Notes: generated by a model from the letters alone, not told the origin. A stretch of DNA of 64,000 bases from Lama glama (GCA_028534125.1 CM052816.1:99760001-99824000), one strand, 5' to 3'; shown: positions 37,890 to 51,184, counted from the first letter of the stretch. Numbers and translations: made by a program.

Positions 37890-38400
37890 AAATTGTGCAT
37901 TCCCCATCATCCAGCAATTCCACTTTAGCTGTATTACAAAAATGTTAGCATCCATACCATCTCCAAAAATAAATAAATAAAACAGAGAATGTAAAATGAA
38001 TGAATAAACAGCTACAGAAGAAGGGTAAATAGAGTGTCTACATCCTTAGGTTAAAAAAAACAAAAAACAAAAAAAAATGAGAAACATATTCATGGGAAGA
38101 TCTCTGAAGACACATTATTGTAAGCAAAACACAAACTTCTAAGCTATAAATATAGTGTAATACTGTCTGTTCTAAAAAGTCAAATCAGTGCTCTGAAATT
38201 TTGATGAATGTGTGTATAAAAGCATTAAAAATGATGTGGAAGGGTCCACATTCACAGAACATACGAGGAGACGGAGAATGGGGCCATGATTGGGGGAGAA
38301 ACCACAGAGAGTATAAATTATATTTGAATTCTAATTTCTCCAAAAGCAGTAAAATTCACAAATTACTTGTATAAGGGTGTATGCTCTCTATATGTGGAGG
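37890..38400 (+). mobile_element. Old L1 (L1ME-like) 3' fragment
   Basis: ccagcaattccacttt, catgggaagatctctgaagacacattattgtaag; degenerate and A-rich. Confidence 0.6.
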
Positions 38401-39878
38401 AGACTGGAAATAAGTATGTCCGACTACCATCACTGTTTAGTTTCTGGTAGAAATTTAGATGGTGGATGAATGGATGGATGGATAGATGCCTGGTTAGCCA
38501 GACAGATGGCGAGTGAGCAGATGACCCTCTCTGGCATCCCGCACCCCGAAACGTTTCTCTCACAACATAGCAGGTCCTGAAGCAAGACAGTGAGGGGACC
38601 CTGTGCCAGCAAGTTTTTAAAAAAGTAAATAAACACGGTCCTGATAGGGCTTGGGAACAGCACGTTTGTGCTTGTGGGTAGAACAATCTAGAAGAGAGGA
38701 AGAGGATGATGCAGAGAGACGCTGCTGGAGGAATGTCCTTGGCCAAGAGGGGTCTGGGCTCCAGGGCACAGAGGGAAGGGCACCTCTGCCCCTGTGACAG
38801 GGGAGCAGGAGCAGCCGCGGGAGGCGGCAGGGCCACTCTCTAGGACCGTCCCCTCTCCGTGAAGCACCAGGCAGCAGAGGAGTGACGGAGGGATGTGAGG
38901 CCGTCACCGCGTGCAGGTGCGGGACGTGAGGGCTCTGAGTGGACCGCAGCATCCCACGCTCCCTGCGCCGGAGGATGGTCCTCACTCGGCCTTTGTCTGG
39001 GTCCTTAGAAGTCCTTGCAGAAGCCGTGGTGGGAGGGAAGAATGCTCCTGGGAGCCAAGGACAAAGGAGACGCTCTTTTGTTTGCTAGTATTTTGTACTG
39101 ATAAACATCATTGCTACCGCCGTTGTCCTATTATTAGCTGAAACGAGCATTATTTTTATGTGATAGTATTACACATTGAGTTGAAACATGTTTTAATGGA
39201 TTTATTATAAACACATAATATCAATAACTATCAAATACTACTATTTACACTATTCCCTGTTTTCTAGTGTTTCGTCTATAAAAACACATTGACGGGCCTT
39301 TCAGCTCTAGGAGCTGGGCCCGTATTCCTCCCCATCTTTATGTTACAGGTTAGAAACAGGGACGCTCACTCTGGTCCTGAATTACGGAAATTTAGCTTCA
39401 TTGTTTTTGTCCTTGTTCTCTTTGTACTTATGTTTTTTCCTCTAATTAGAATAAACGTTTCTTGGGGAGCAGAGCACAATCTCTTATATTTTACCCCATT
39501 GTGAAAGTCACAAATGGAAATTGTTTTTTTCTTTTCCTTTTTTTTCATTGAAGTACAGCCAGTTACAATGTGTCGACTTCTGGCGTGCAGCACACTGTCC
39601 CGGGCACGATAGACAGATGGGAAAATTTTTAGTGTTTGATAAATGTTTGTTCATGCTTATTATGCTTATATGATCAACAGCAAGGGAAAAATTCAATAAA
39701 ATTAGTTAAGTATTTTGTTACGTGGTTGGATCTGAAATTACTTAGTAATTTCTGGTACATCATTTTTTTTCCAAGTCCTTCTAAGAACCACGCTACTCAC
39801 CGGTGCTTGGAAACAGACAGATGAGCAACTCTTACACGCTATAACATTTCCACTGTGGGGCTAACTGGTATCATATAC

Positions 39879-40246
39879 CCTGCGTACCACTGAATTCAAA
39901 TCTGGACTAGTTCAGTTCAGATCAGACTCAGATCACCGCAGACGTGCATGGCTTGGTGCTGCGGCTTTTCATGGGAAGGAGGCAGCTGATAAACTCCAGG
40001 CATGATGCCGAGACCCCAGGTCCACAGTCCACTGAAGACAGTCCAGAAGAGCGTGCCCAGAAGACTTCAGAGGGCCTGTACTCGTGATGGCGAAGTTCTG
40101 AGGAAAAGGACCTTCTCCCCGGCAGAGCCGCGGGGGTGAGTGCAACACCTTCCAGACACCGCTCCTTCCGAGACATCTGGACTCCGGAGGACGAGGGAGA
40201 GTCATGGCAGTGATCACAGGGTGACGTTCTCGTGAATGAAACCATG
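39879..40246 (-). pseudogene. Probable first coding exon of pseudogene C (ATG, LRRNT and first LRRs), decayed
   Basis: Acceptor actctgatccttccag|C-ATG (ATG 40245) and donor CAGG|GTATAT at 39879/39878. Composite translation: CDHCHD..C..LTPAALP..QNFAITS..LQWTVDLGSRHHAWSLSAASF..ARLR*SESDLN*TSPDL, which resembles LRRNT plus LRR1-3. The link to the 33620 exon is inferred. Confidence 0.5.
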
Positions 40247-41856
40247 CTGGAAGGATCAGAGTAATTTTTTAACTTGAATTTGGATGACAGTCATAGTTTA
40301 AACTCCCCTTCACCTGCATGTACGGGAAGCTTATTTTGAAAGAAGCAAATTATTCAAAGATGACTGTGTTCTTCCAGAGGCTTTGTTCGTTTGTTTGTTT
40401 GATTTTTTTTAACACTATCCAATCTAGGGTTGGGGTGAAAATTGTAAAAATTGTCCCACTGGAGGAATAAAACATAGGGTCTAAGAATAGCTTGAATCTT
40501 AACATATTTCCATTTTAATTTTTGAAAGTGTCAAGACAAAAATAAAGCCTGTGTGCTTTGAGGAAATAAAAGGCGGCGAGGATCTCTTTCCCGTGGTCTT
40601 GCAGTGAAACTCAGTGGTGAGACCATATGTGAAGGCTCTTTTCCTTCCCGACTCCAGGGCTGAGCAGAAGCTCTGCCCTTGATCATGAGGTTTCAGACAC
40701 GCAAGGCTACGAATCTCTCCACGGCCCAGATGAACACAGAATACTAATTTGGATCCACGTGAGACACCGGAGAAGCAAATCTCTTATTTTAAACTGTTAG
40801 TGACCCATTTTTCTAGGACTTCCGATTACTAATAAGTCCACCTGAGAAAGTAAAATTACTGACCTCGGCAGCCCATAGGGCTACTATGTAAAAAGCCGCA
40901 GGTGTGGGTGTGATACCTTCCTCCTTGAGGGAACCTGTTCTGTGTTATACATTTAATCACGTGCTGACTTCAGAGCGTTTGCGATGGTGTCGTTACAGAG
41001 ATACATGTGGCCTTTTTGCTTGAATACAGGGATCCAGGTTGCTTTGTGTCCTCCTCAACCTTCTATACCTCAGTCCTGCCCAGGTAAAGGACATGGAGAG
41101 AAAACAAGGACATGATTTTGGGTTGGATTCCACACTGTTGGACAATACACACCCCACAGGATGACTTTAACCTCCCCCGGGGTCTTCACACACCGGGGAG
41201 CAGGGGTTGGGCCAGTCAGTTAGACTCTACGGCCAGGGTCCTTCTGCAAGAACGGTCCCCAGAGGGTGTGGATCTGGTCTGCAGTTCAGGAAATGCATTT
41301 AGTAAATCCTGCCTCATGACAGCAGAGCTTGACAGAGCCCGGAGCCAAATCCACTGTGTTCTTGGCCAGAGGTCTCCTTGACTCCCAGCTGGATACATGC
41401 CTGGTAACCAGCAGTCACTCACGATAAGAGTCTTGCCCCCTGTCAACCTCCTCCCTCTCCCCAGGAGAAAAAGAGGATAGAAGTCACCCCAGGACCCTGG
41501 CGGGGGGGGCATGACATACGGAGCAGCCACTGCCCACCCTCTGACCTTCAGCCACTGCCGCTGACCTTCACTGGACTGTATCTTGAGGAAGAAGGGAATG
41601 TCTCAAGTGTGTGACTGCAGTGCTTATTGGACCAGTCGGCCTGTCCTCACCTGCATTCTTACTGGGATAGAAAGCCTCTACTCGTCCCTTCAGATCCATT
41701 CTGCCCCACCACATTCTCCCCGCCTTGTGGGGACCAGCTCCTGCTCAGGTCAGGCCCATGGAGGAATCAGGCAGGAATCAGGGGACTGAGGTCAGGGGTC
41801 TGTTCCAGCTCCCCGCCCTGTGGGCTGGCCGTAGGAGTCTGCCCAAACCATCTACC

Positions 41857-42461
41857 TGTAACTGAGCAGGGCCCTGTGGGGCCTCCCCAGACTGCCATGT
41901 CCTCCACCTGCCTCTTATTTGTAGAAGAACTTTAGCCTCCTAGGCTTCCACAAGTTCCAACAAGTAGACTTAATAAGAGAAGGGAGAAAATGCAGAGAGA
42001 AAGGAAAACAGTCAAGCAAGACAAAACAATTAAAGTCGAAGATTTGCAGTTCCTACTCATAGGCAACAGTTAATATTCTGAGCCATGTCCTTTGAGCTGT
42101 TTTGCAGAGGCTGGAACCTCCATCAGGTGGAAGAAGTTGAATGTGTGCTGCCCCCCGGCATGTGGACCCCAGATGGTTAGAACCAGAAGGGGGATGACGT
42201 TGACTCCCGATGACCTCACCACTGACCAATCAGAAGAATGTCCACGAGCTGAGCACACACCCTACAGTCTCCATCCTTCACCCTGTCTTTAAAAACCTTT
42301 CATTGAAATCCTTTGGGAGTTTGGATCTTTTGAGCACCAGCTGCCCAGACTCCTTGCTGGGCGCCTGCAATAAACACTGCACTTTCCTTCACCACCACCT
42401 GGGGGCAATAGATTGGTGTTACTGCACTGGGGTGAGCAGACATGAGTTTGGCTCAGTAGCT
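41857..42461 (+). mobile_element. ERV solo LTR (ERV1-like)
   Basis: Starts tgtaactgagc; CCAAT box (gaccaatcag ~42225), TATA-like tttaaaaa (~42288), AATAAA (~42369); ends gctcagtagct (imperfect inverted end); flanks tacc/cacc resemble a 4-bp TSD. Confidence 0.8.
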
Positions 42462-44430
42462 CACCCAGCAGAGGGTGGTCCCCACACACTGCTCCCAGCC
42501 CAGGTCGTTCCCTCTCATGTCCTCACCCCACTGACACCAGCACATGTCCTCTGGTTCCCTGCACACCTCCCACAGCTCCCTGCACAGTCATTTTGCCATA
42601 CTGTCCTCAATGTACCCAACATGTAGGCACTACCTGCCTCCCACCAAAACCCTGCTAATTCACCCACCAAAGGGATAACTCATTAAACACATATTCATTG
42701 TATCATACACCTCTTCCTGTCTCCTCAACAAATGCTTGTACATTTGGAACATGTCTACACATTCTCTAGAGGCAGTGATGAATTAGAGCTGTGACATTCC
42801 TCCACCCAAAGTTAACGATGTGGCCATTACAACACTTTTGATGTGATAACGTGTTTATGTTTCCCCAAGTCACTGACCAACACGTTGTGCACCTTAAGCT
42901 TACATGATGTTATACACCAATTAAAACTCAATAAAGCTGGGGGGAAAGTACAGCTTATTGTCACGAAGCTTCTATAAGAATAATAATTAGTCTTAATAAA
43001 AGGTGTATTAGTATTATTTTAAACTTAAGGAGCATTCATTTCAAGTCATTTCTACCATTTGGCTGTCCCATCAAAGATATTTAAAGCTCCCTCCATTTTA
43101 CAATATTCTTACAAAGAAAAAAAATTGAGTTAATAAGGATGCCTTTGAAGGAAACATAAAACTCCAGAAAACTCTCAGATGTAATTTCATTAGCAAAGGG
43201 CAAAGGGAAATCAAACTAATTTTGATTTGTGCTTAGAACATTGATTTTTTTATTGCAAATGCTCATTGTAGGAAATTTAGAAATACCTAAACAATTATAA
43301 GACAAATATTAATTTTACTCAGTTTCTCTGCTCAGGAAGCGTCAATAGTTTGAGGGATATCCCTCTTTCCTTCTACCTAAAATTTATTTTCAAAATGGAT
43401 TTTAAACCATACTATGTATATATTTTTTCGTTTAATATTATATTATGATGTAATATTATGATATTAAGACAATTTAAAGCTCTCCTTTCAATGGCTGTGT
43501 AACATTCTATATTATGGATATAAGACTGATTTCTGTAACCATTACTACTATTGGTCATATCTTTATAATTAAATATATTAAATATCTTGATTTTTAATGC
43601 TATTATTTAGGAATTAAGTTTCAGGATTTTTTATGTATATTCTGTATCATGAATACTCCTCAAAAAAGTAACTGGAACCTTGTTTATAAAACATAGGCAC
43701 AATAGATTAAAACAAAAATTAAAGATAGATCAGAATTCATGTAATGGTACCAGGAACTGAATGTGATATGTGATAGATGGTTGTTATTGAATCCAAACTC
43801 ACTATTACATGGCTTTTAGATGATAAACATGAATAATATCATAATTGCAACTTAGTCTTTCAGAAGATGTAGAACACTATGATTAAAAACAAAGAAAGCT
43901 TAGCTCTTCAAACAGGTGTCTGCAGTGACTATTAAACTTCCACATCTGTCAAGACAAGCATCCACCATCCAATGGTAAGCCAGCTCGGCAGAGCTAAACT
44001 TGTCTCCTAGGTCTTCAAATACCCGAGGACCCTGTGAATTCAGAAATATCAGTGGACTGAGTAGTGCCTAAACGTTAATTATACTTCATTGGATTTAATA
44101 TTTTTGGAAAATCCGTAAGCTATGTAAGGTGCTAACAAAAACATATGTTAAGTCACAAACAGCATTGGGTCTAGTACTTGACAGTGAACTTCTCATAGGT
44201 CTGGAAAAATAGGGTGTGTTCATTAACTTTGTTGTTGTAATCATTTTGAAATATACATGTGTGGCATATTATTATGTTGAGCCCTTTAAACTTACATATG
44301 TCAATTATACCCCAATTAAATCTGGAAAAAAATAAAATACAGGGGGAGAGCAAAAACAAAATAGAGAATGAATAATAATAACAATGTGTCATAATTTAAA
44401 TGAATAAAATAAGAATCCATGTATCTGTAC

Positions 44431-44435
44431 TAAAA

Positions 44436-44466
<31 letters not shown>

Positions 44467-44506
44467 ACAAACAAACAAACAGACAGACAGACAGACAGAT
44501 AGATAG
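44431..44506. repeat. Compound tetranucleotide microsatellite (TAAA)n(CAAA)n(CAGA)n(TAGA)n
   Basis: Direct. Confidence 0.95.
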
Positions 44507-46979
44507 AATCCAGCATTTGCTGTGTATCCACCCAACATGAGCGTGACTGCAGGTTAATATGGGGCGTGGTCAGAAGTGACCGTCCCAGAACCAGGACACC
44601 TGCTGAACCACGGAGGCCGGGAGCAGGGCTGCAGCCTGTCTTCCAAGGCACATCCGCCGTATTTTGTAGCTTCAGGAAAGGCGCTTCACCCCCGTGTCTC
44701 ACCCCCACCAGCCAGCGGAGGTGGTGATGACAAGGGCCAGGCCCATGTCGCCCGAAGACGTGATTTGGATTTCGGAGTTAGCACGTGGGAACCGTTGATA
44801 AGGGCGGCGTGCAGACGCGGGGCTGGGTGCTGTCTGAGGGGCGGCACTGCCGTCATCCCGGGCTGTACCTGTGGGATTCAGCGGTGACTAGATGCTGCCT
44901 TCTCTGCTGATTTTTTTCTCCTTCCAAATACTAATTTCCATTTTACTTAGTTAAAAGATCTGGTATGGGAAACATGATCTGCTGTCATTTTAATTTTTAA
45001 ACAACCTTCTCTGGTTTTCTTTAACTGTAGAAAATATCATTAAAATCTCATCTACAAATAACAGCATTTCCCTACAATGAAGCTGAAACACTAGATCTGA
45101 GTGGTCTGTGCAAAGCAAATTTTAATGAATTCAGTCGCTGTACCGTTATATTCCTGCTGTAACTACACTCCCCGTTTCACTCCCACTGCACCAGACTTGT
45201 CTACGCAGTGCAGAGTGGGTGGTGAGGAGCTGTCCCACTCCGTCAGCTGCAACAAGTTGAGCTGATACCTTAGTTCTCTAAATAGAGAGATTATAATACA
45301 GGTTAATAAGAAATAAGCACCTGTCAGTAGAAAAAATACAAAATCACTGCGAGCATCAATAAACCTTGCTGGAAAAGCTGATTTGATGGTCTTGTTAAAC
45401 CCAAGGAAGGAAGTGCAAAGGAATATCATTTTCTTACATCTGCTGCACGATTGCCTCAAGAAGTCTGTGAAAATACCATTTGTGAAGAAACTTACGGAGG
45501 TTTCCTCGGTATATTGATTTACACATAGAATCAATAGCTGGAGACTGAGGATGGCACCTTTAATTATGACTCAGGCAGGCCAAATGACTTCTGAAAATTA
45601 GAGATTTCTCTCTTTTTATGACACTCTAGACAGACAGACAGACAGACACACACACACACACAGTCCTTCACGTCTGCGCAGCTACAGTGACTTTTTATGA
45701 TTAAGTTGGATTTTCAAAGACATTTCATCAAGATGCAGAGGTATATTCTGTAATAATGTTAGAAAATGAATTTATTATAGATGTAGCATGTTTTTTATTG
45801 GGTACGTTTACTTGTGCTGCGATTCTTTAAAAATCTTTGGCCCTCTCATAGCTTCTGTGGCACCCTTCCAGGTAAGTAAGAGAATATTTGATTAACAAGA
45901 ATGTTCCACCACAGCCACACCGTGGGGGATAAACAGCACTGATACATTGAAAAGCATGCTTGAAATTTCAGTCCGTGCCAGGCTAGCGCCTAAGGTAGTA
46001 GGTCTGGTAGAAACTACACTGAGTTATGTGTGAAGGAGATCCAGAATTCCTTCTCATCATTACGTTAAACTGGGGGAGTGACTCTGCACATCATCGTTTA
46101 TACCTTCTTTTTATTCATCTCAAATCTGAAAATAAGCTTGGTCTGTTCGCCAAGATTATGAAGAATCAACACAGTAACTATGAAACTGAAACAGCATGGG
46201 AACACTGGGCTTTATGTGTGACATAGAAGACACATGATCAAATTAGCCACTCAGTTATAGAAATTTTGCAAGCCTACCTGGCCAAATCAAAGTTGGAATT
46301 AAAGACTTTATTGAATTGTATGTGATAAAGTATCTCCCTCCACATCAGCTCTGTCTTTACCATCTTAATTTTAACTTTAACTTTAATTCTAAATTTAAAA
46401 CTTTCTCAAAAAATATTCTTTTTTCAATCCAGATATCAGTGGAAACCAATTTCTTTTTGGGAGTCCCATCTAATTGGGTCAAACTCCCTAGTCTCTGTCT
46501 AATGGGAAATGCTTTTTCGGCCCCCAAGATTTGTGCAGGTCTCCGCTGCTTCCTGATCCTGATGCTGGCTGTGTTTCCTCTTGCCCAGGCTCACCTCTCC
46601 GCCCCACACTGCCTCACCAGCCCTCTTACCTGGGTTCCTCCCAACACCACCCCTGCAGGGCGGCTGTGCGCTCAGGTCTGGGGATGGAGAAGTATCTGTG
46701 CAACAGTCACCTCACAGGGGCTGGCGCTGCTGGGAGGGGTCCTCCCTCGTCCTGATGCCACGCCTCCCAGTCCTGCTCATCTCCTTTCTTTCCTCTCTCC
46801 CACTCCAAACCTCCGTTCCTTTCCCATGGATGGAAGTTTTGCTATCTCTTTTTTTTTTTCCCACCAAGGTATCCCATCAGGGTATGTGGCTTAAAAATGG
46901 CCATGAACTTGGAATGAAATCCCACTGCCCCCTTAGGGGCATGGAGGGCTACAATCGGTTATAATTTTAGATGGCATTT

Positions 46980-47130
46980 AAAATAATACTAATATTTTAG
47001 AATAACTAATTATAACAACCTATAATGAAAAGGAATATATATATATACATATTACTGAATCACTTTACTGTACACCAGAAACTAACACAACATTGTAAAT
47101 CAACTATATTCAATTTAAAAAATAATAATA
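46980..47130 (+). mobile_element. L1 3'UTR tail
   Basis: ataacaacctataatgaaaagg...tgtacaccagaaactaacacaacattgtaaatcaacta. Confidence 0.85.
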
Positions 47131-47439
47131 AAATCAATAATTCAAAGATCTAGACTCAGGACTGCATGTATAAAAATGAACTTTGAATATCACAATCGAG
47201 ACTGTTTCCTACTCTGTCCAGAAGGCTGTAATTTCACTGTAAACACTCTGAGTCTTGCTGCCTTGTGGTGACAGTGCCACTCCTCTCGCTCAGACCCTGT
47301 GCTTTCCCTCAGAACTCACTCCAGAGGCTGAGTCACAGAAGTGGGTCTTCGTTTTCCTCTTGACTCTGCCAGGATTTTGAGAAGAGGCGGTGCCTTTGTA
47401 ACCTAGTCCCCTAACTGGACCCTTCTCAGCAGGACTGGG

Positions 47440-47790
47440 GACTGTCCCTGCCACGGGCTGCCAGGCAGTCCTCACAGCGAGCTTTGCGCAGCCCGCCTGT
47501 CCTTCCTGGGAGGCGGGAGGGGGCTCCTTCCCGCCCCGCCGCCGCACACAGGAACGTCACACTCCCTTCACTTATCACGTGATTGGGGTCAAAACGTCAC
47601 TAAAGCAAAATCTGTCCAAAAGGAAACTGAAAAAACTGGCGGGGTCTCCCAAGCAGGTGACTGCTGGCGAGGATCACGCCGGCCAGAAGCCCGAGGGCAG
47701 AACTGCACGCGACATCACGAGAGGTGGGAGCCCCCGGGGCGAATCCAGGGCCCTGAGGTTCCGCAGGCTTCGTCTGGTTGCTTGTGAAGG
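47440..47790. promoter_or_regulatory. CpG-rich promoter-like element
   Basis: GC boxes (cccgccccgccgcc ~47530), CRE half-sites acgtca (~47554, ~47594), E-box tcacgtga abutting an inverted CCAAT (gattgg ~47581). Confidence 0.5.
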
Positions 47791-50182
47791 ATGACTTAGT
47801 GGTCTGACTGTGCGGCAGCCCTTTCCTCTTTTGCAGATATTTAAGAAACCAGCTACTACTGGTTTATGGACAGTCATCTTTCTCTTTTCTATCCATTTAT
47901 TTTGTATTTACTTTAAAGCACTCCCTGAGGAAATTCCTGCTGAGATGTAGTTGGGGCAGAAATGTTTCAAGTGTCAAGGTTACGTGGCGGCATTCCAATA
48001 CCCACTGTGACTGGAGATAAGATGATGTTTCCAACCACTCTGTTACGGGTTAGCTGGTCTCTAACACAGGTCACAGCCTCAGCAAGTCTCGAAGGGATGT
48101 AAATGCTTCTTTCAGTTTCTGCTAGGAGTTTACTGGATGTTTCATCCAAGGGGAGGGAGAAGAGCATTTAACTGATTGTCTAAGAAAGACATACAAACAA
48201 TGGCATTCTCAGCGTGGACTTGCCTTCTGGCTTCTTGTAGCTACTCACAGAAAGGCGAGCTCTGTGAAACTCAACACTTTCAGGATTGCAATCCACATTT
48301 ATTCAATTATGGCTTCAAGGCAGTAAAAATATACTAATAAGTTGAAATACTGTGGCTTTCCAAACTTAATCTTTTTTAAAAAACGGTTAAAATTACCTTT
48401 AATTTTTCACAAATTAGTAATAGCATCAATGCCCACAATCTTAAAGAAAAACAATTCTGGCACTGAAGATCGCTGAACCGTGAAAGTCAGAACACGAAAA
48501 CCACTTGTTGATGCAATTTAATTTAGAGGGAAAATTAAATAAAACAATACTGATTTCCAGCCACGTTTCCACTCTAGCAGCTGGAAGACTGTGGGCTGAT
48601 GTGGTCTCGGTGATCAAGTCCTGTGTCTCTTTTTCCTCTCTTTATCTGAGTACAAGACGCATTTCTCATCCAAAAGATTCCTTTAGCATAAATGATAAAC
48701 TTCGCACAGCAATGGTTAGTGTGAAACATATTCCTAGGTTTTCAGCCGTCTTTTGTTATTTTCAAAATTTTCTTAATTGTAAGGTGGTTACAGGCTGAAG
48801 GATTCAATCCACTCATCAGAAAATGTTAAAGTTAACAAAAAAAAAAAACTTAAAAGGCACATTTGTAGGTAGCAAAACAAACAAACAAACAAGATAAAAA
48901 GAGCCACTGCTTGGAAAATAGAAACACAGCTGGCAATTCCTAAACAACCTGCTTGCCCTGAGAAGTTCACCTTTTCCGGGAAAATTTCCAGTGTCCAGTC
49001 TAGAAAAGGCAAAATGAAGAAACGTCGTTAAAGATCTCTTTAATCTGTTAGCCAGTCTAAGATGGTTGCCAGGAAAGTGAGTTGTAGATACTTTTGGTTT
49101 ATTTGTTTCTTTTTCATTTTCTTATTTGTTTCCGAGTTGTAGTTACAGCCACAGATTTTCTAAAATATTAGAGAAAGCCTAGAAGAAGTAACAGGGCCAG
49201 ATCAACAGAGATACCAAATATTGGCCCAGTTTCCCCCAAAAAAGAAAAATAATGTATAGTAAGATTATACAGTGTTGAGCTTAATATAAATGCGGAAAAA
49301 TTATGAGTGGTCAGACACGGTTGCTCTCCTTTTCTTAAAGTGTATGTGGTTAATATATACAAACAGCCACCAACGGGTTCATTGGTACCAAACCAGTTAA
49401 AACAAAGCTCATCTGAAGTTTCATTTTTAATGTGGCAAATCACAGAAAAACCATGCACACACGGATTCCAAAAATTTACTGGAAAGTAAGCTCAGGGTGT
49501 ACTTGTCCTAGGACGACATTCACTGTGAGTCGGCGGACCCTTACGTGGTAGTTCACAGGTTTCTGATGGCTTCCAGGGGGACCTTTAGGGGTTAATCTTC
49601 TAAGGTTTCTTCTCTGCAAATAACGGAGACTGAATGTCCAAAATGAGCAAAGGGACTTTATAGTAAAGATACTGGGGATTAGCTCAGAGATTTCACCACT
49701 GTTCCACCAATGGGAATGCAGGAACTCCAAACACAGCCTTAGAGCCAGAAATGCCTGGATCCCTGCACCCCTGCAATGTGCAGCCCTCAGCTCCTCTCAG
49801 CCCTGGCACCTCTAGCTCATGTGCAAATTCACAGGAGGGCATCTCATTGGCTGAGCTCAGGTCATGTGACCACCACCATGCTCTTGGTGACCCTCACCAG
49901 GATGGGAAAAAGATGCATTCATTATCCCCTGACAAAGAGTCTTCCTACTGGGAGGCAGATAGCTGTCCCCCACAATGTATCATTTTGATTCTGAGAAGTT
50001 GGCAGGATATGTGCCTCCAAAACTACCAAGCATTTACTAAGAGTGGCCTATCGAAGAGCTGTTTAAAGAAAACTTGGTAGATGAAAAATTAATGTAGAAT
50101 TTAACTGGAGCATTTTCTTGACTACAACACAGCACCTGTCATATTGTAGGCATTCATTACCATTAGTTGAGCAAAGTGATCA

Positions 50183-50527
50183 CAGTTGTCCCTCGGTATC
50201 CATGGTGGTCGGGTTCCAGGAGCCCTGGGGATACCGAGATCTGCAGACGTTCAAGTCTCTTACATAAAATGGCACAGCATTTGCATATAACTGGGGCACA
50301 TCCTCCTGGGTACTTTACGTCACCCCTAGGTTGCTTCAGGTGCCTGATGCCGAGTCCGTGCTACCTAAATAGTTGTGAACACAACGTACATGCTACGGAA
50401 ATAGCTGCCGGCAAAGGGCAAATTCAAATTTTCCTCTTTGAAACTTTACAGATTTTCTTTCCAAAATGTTTGATCTGCAGTTGGTTGAAACGCAGATGCA
50501 CAACCCATGGAGGTGGAAGGTCAGCTG
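50183..50527. mobile_element. MER2 (Tigger/TcMar) DNA transposon fossil
   Basis: Imperfect terminal inverted repeats cagttgtccctcggtatccatgg / ccatggaggtggaaggtcagctg; internal cttacataaaatggcacagcatttgcatataac; ~345 bp. Confidence 0.85.
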
Positions 50528-51184
50528 TGTTGTGCATGACCCGATCGTTGTGTTCTAAGGAAATGCGCTATGAAGCAGCTGACACAGAACGTGGGTTCTA
50601 TCTGCAGGAAGAAAGGGCACAGATATAATGTGTGCTGCAAACCTAAAGGGAGAAAGCCCAGAGTGAGCCAATGGGAGAAAAACAGGAGTTAAGCAGAGAA
50701 GTAGAGAGCCAGGAACGTGAAATCTAACCTGGTCTCAATCTGACAAAGAAATATCTCCCCTCATTGCGATTGTGTCTGATATTCAATGTGGAGCAATCCT
50801 GGAAGTGTCCTCTGACCAGTTTACCAGCGAGAGTTATCTGGGTAGCACCCTCCAACAGATCGAAGAAAGCCCATGAGTGTGGCCAAGAGAGCCACCGGGA
50901 GCCCACACAGCTAGGCTTGTATCAGCGAGACATACATCTTCAGATGATAGGAAGCTGGCCCTCTGCACTACATTGCCACCAGGATATTCCAGATGCCACA
51001 TGTGCAGAGATATTTCAAAAGAAGTATTCTCAGAAAAAGACAGCTGACAGAAACACTGACCAAAAAAGAAACCAGTAGACAGCTTGTTAGAGCTCTTTCT
51101 CTGTCTCTCCCTCTCACGCACACACACACAGTACCTGGTTCTATGTATGGGAGACCATTTCCCCATGCATACCACCTCTAGGGT

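Noticed and set aside
10420..40246. Assigning specific TLR gene symbols to the three fossils
   Set aside because: They are too decayed to assign by eye and no flanking marker gene is present; phylogeny and synteny are required.
45852..45871. 20-nt plus-strand micro-exon candidate (tctcatag|...CCAG|gtaagt)
   Set aside because: No partner exons or frame context; such sites arise by chance.
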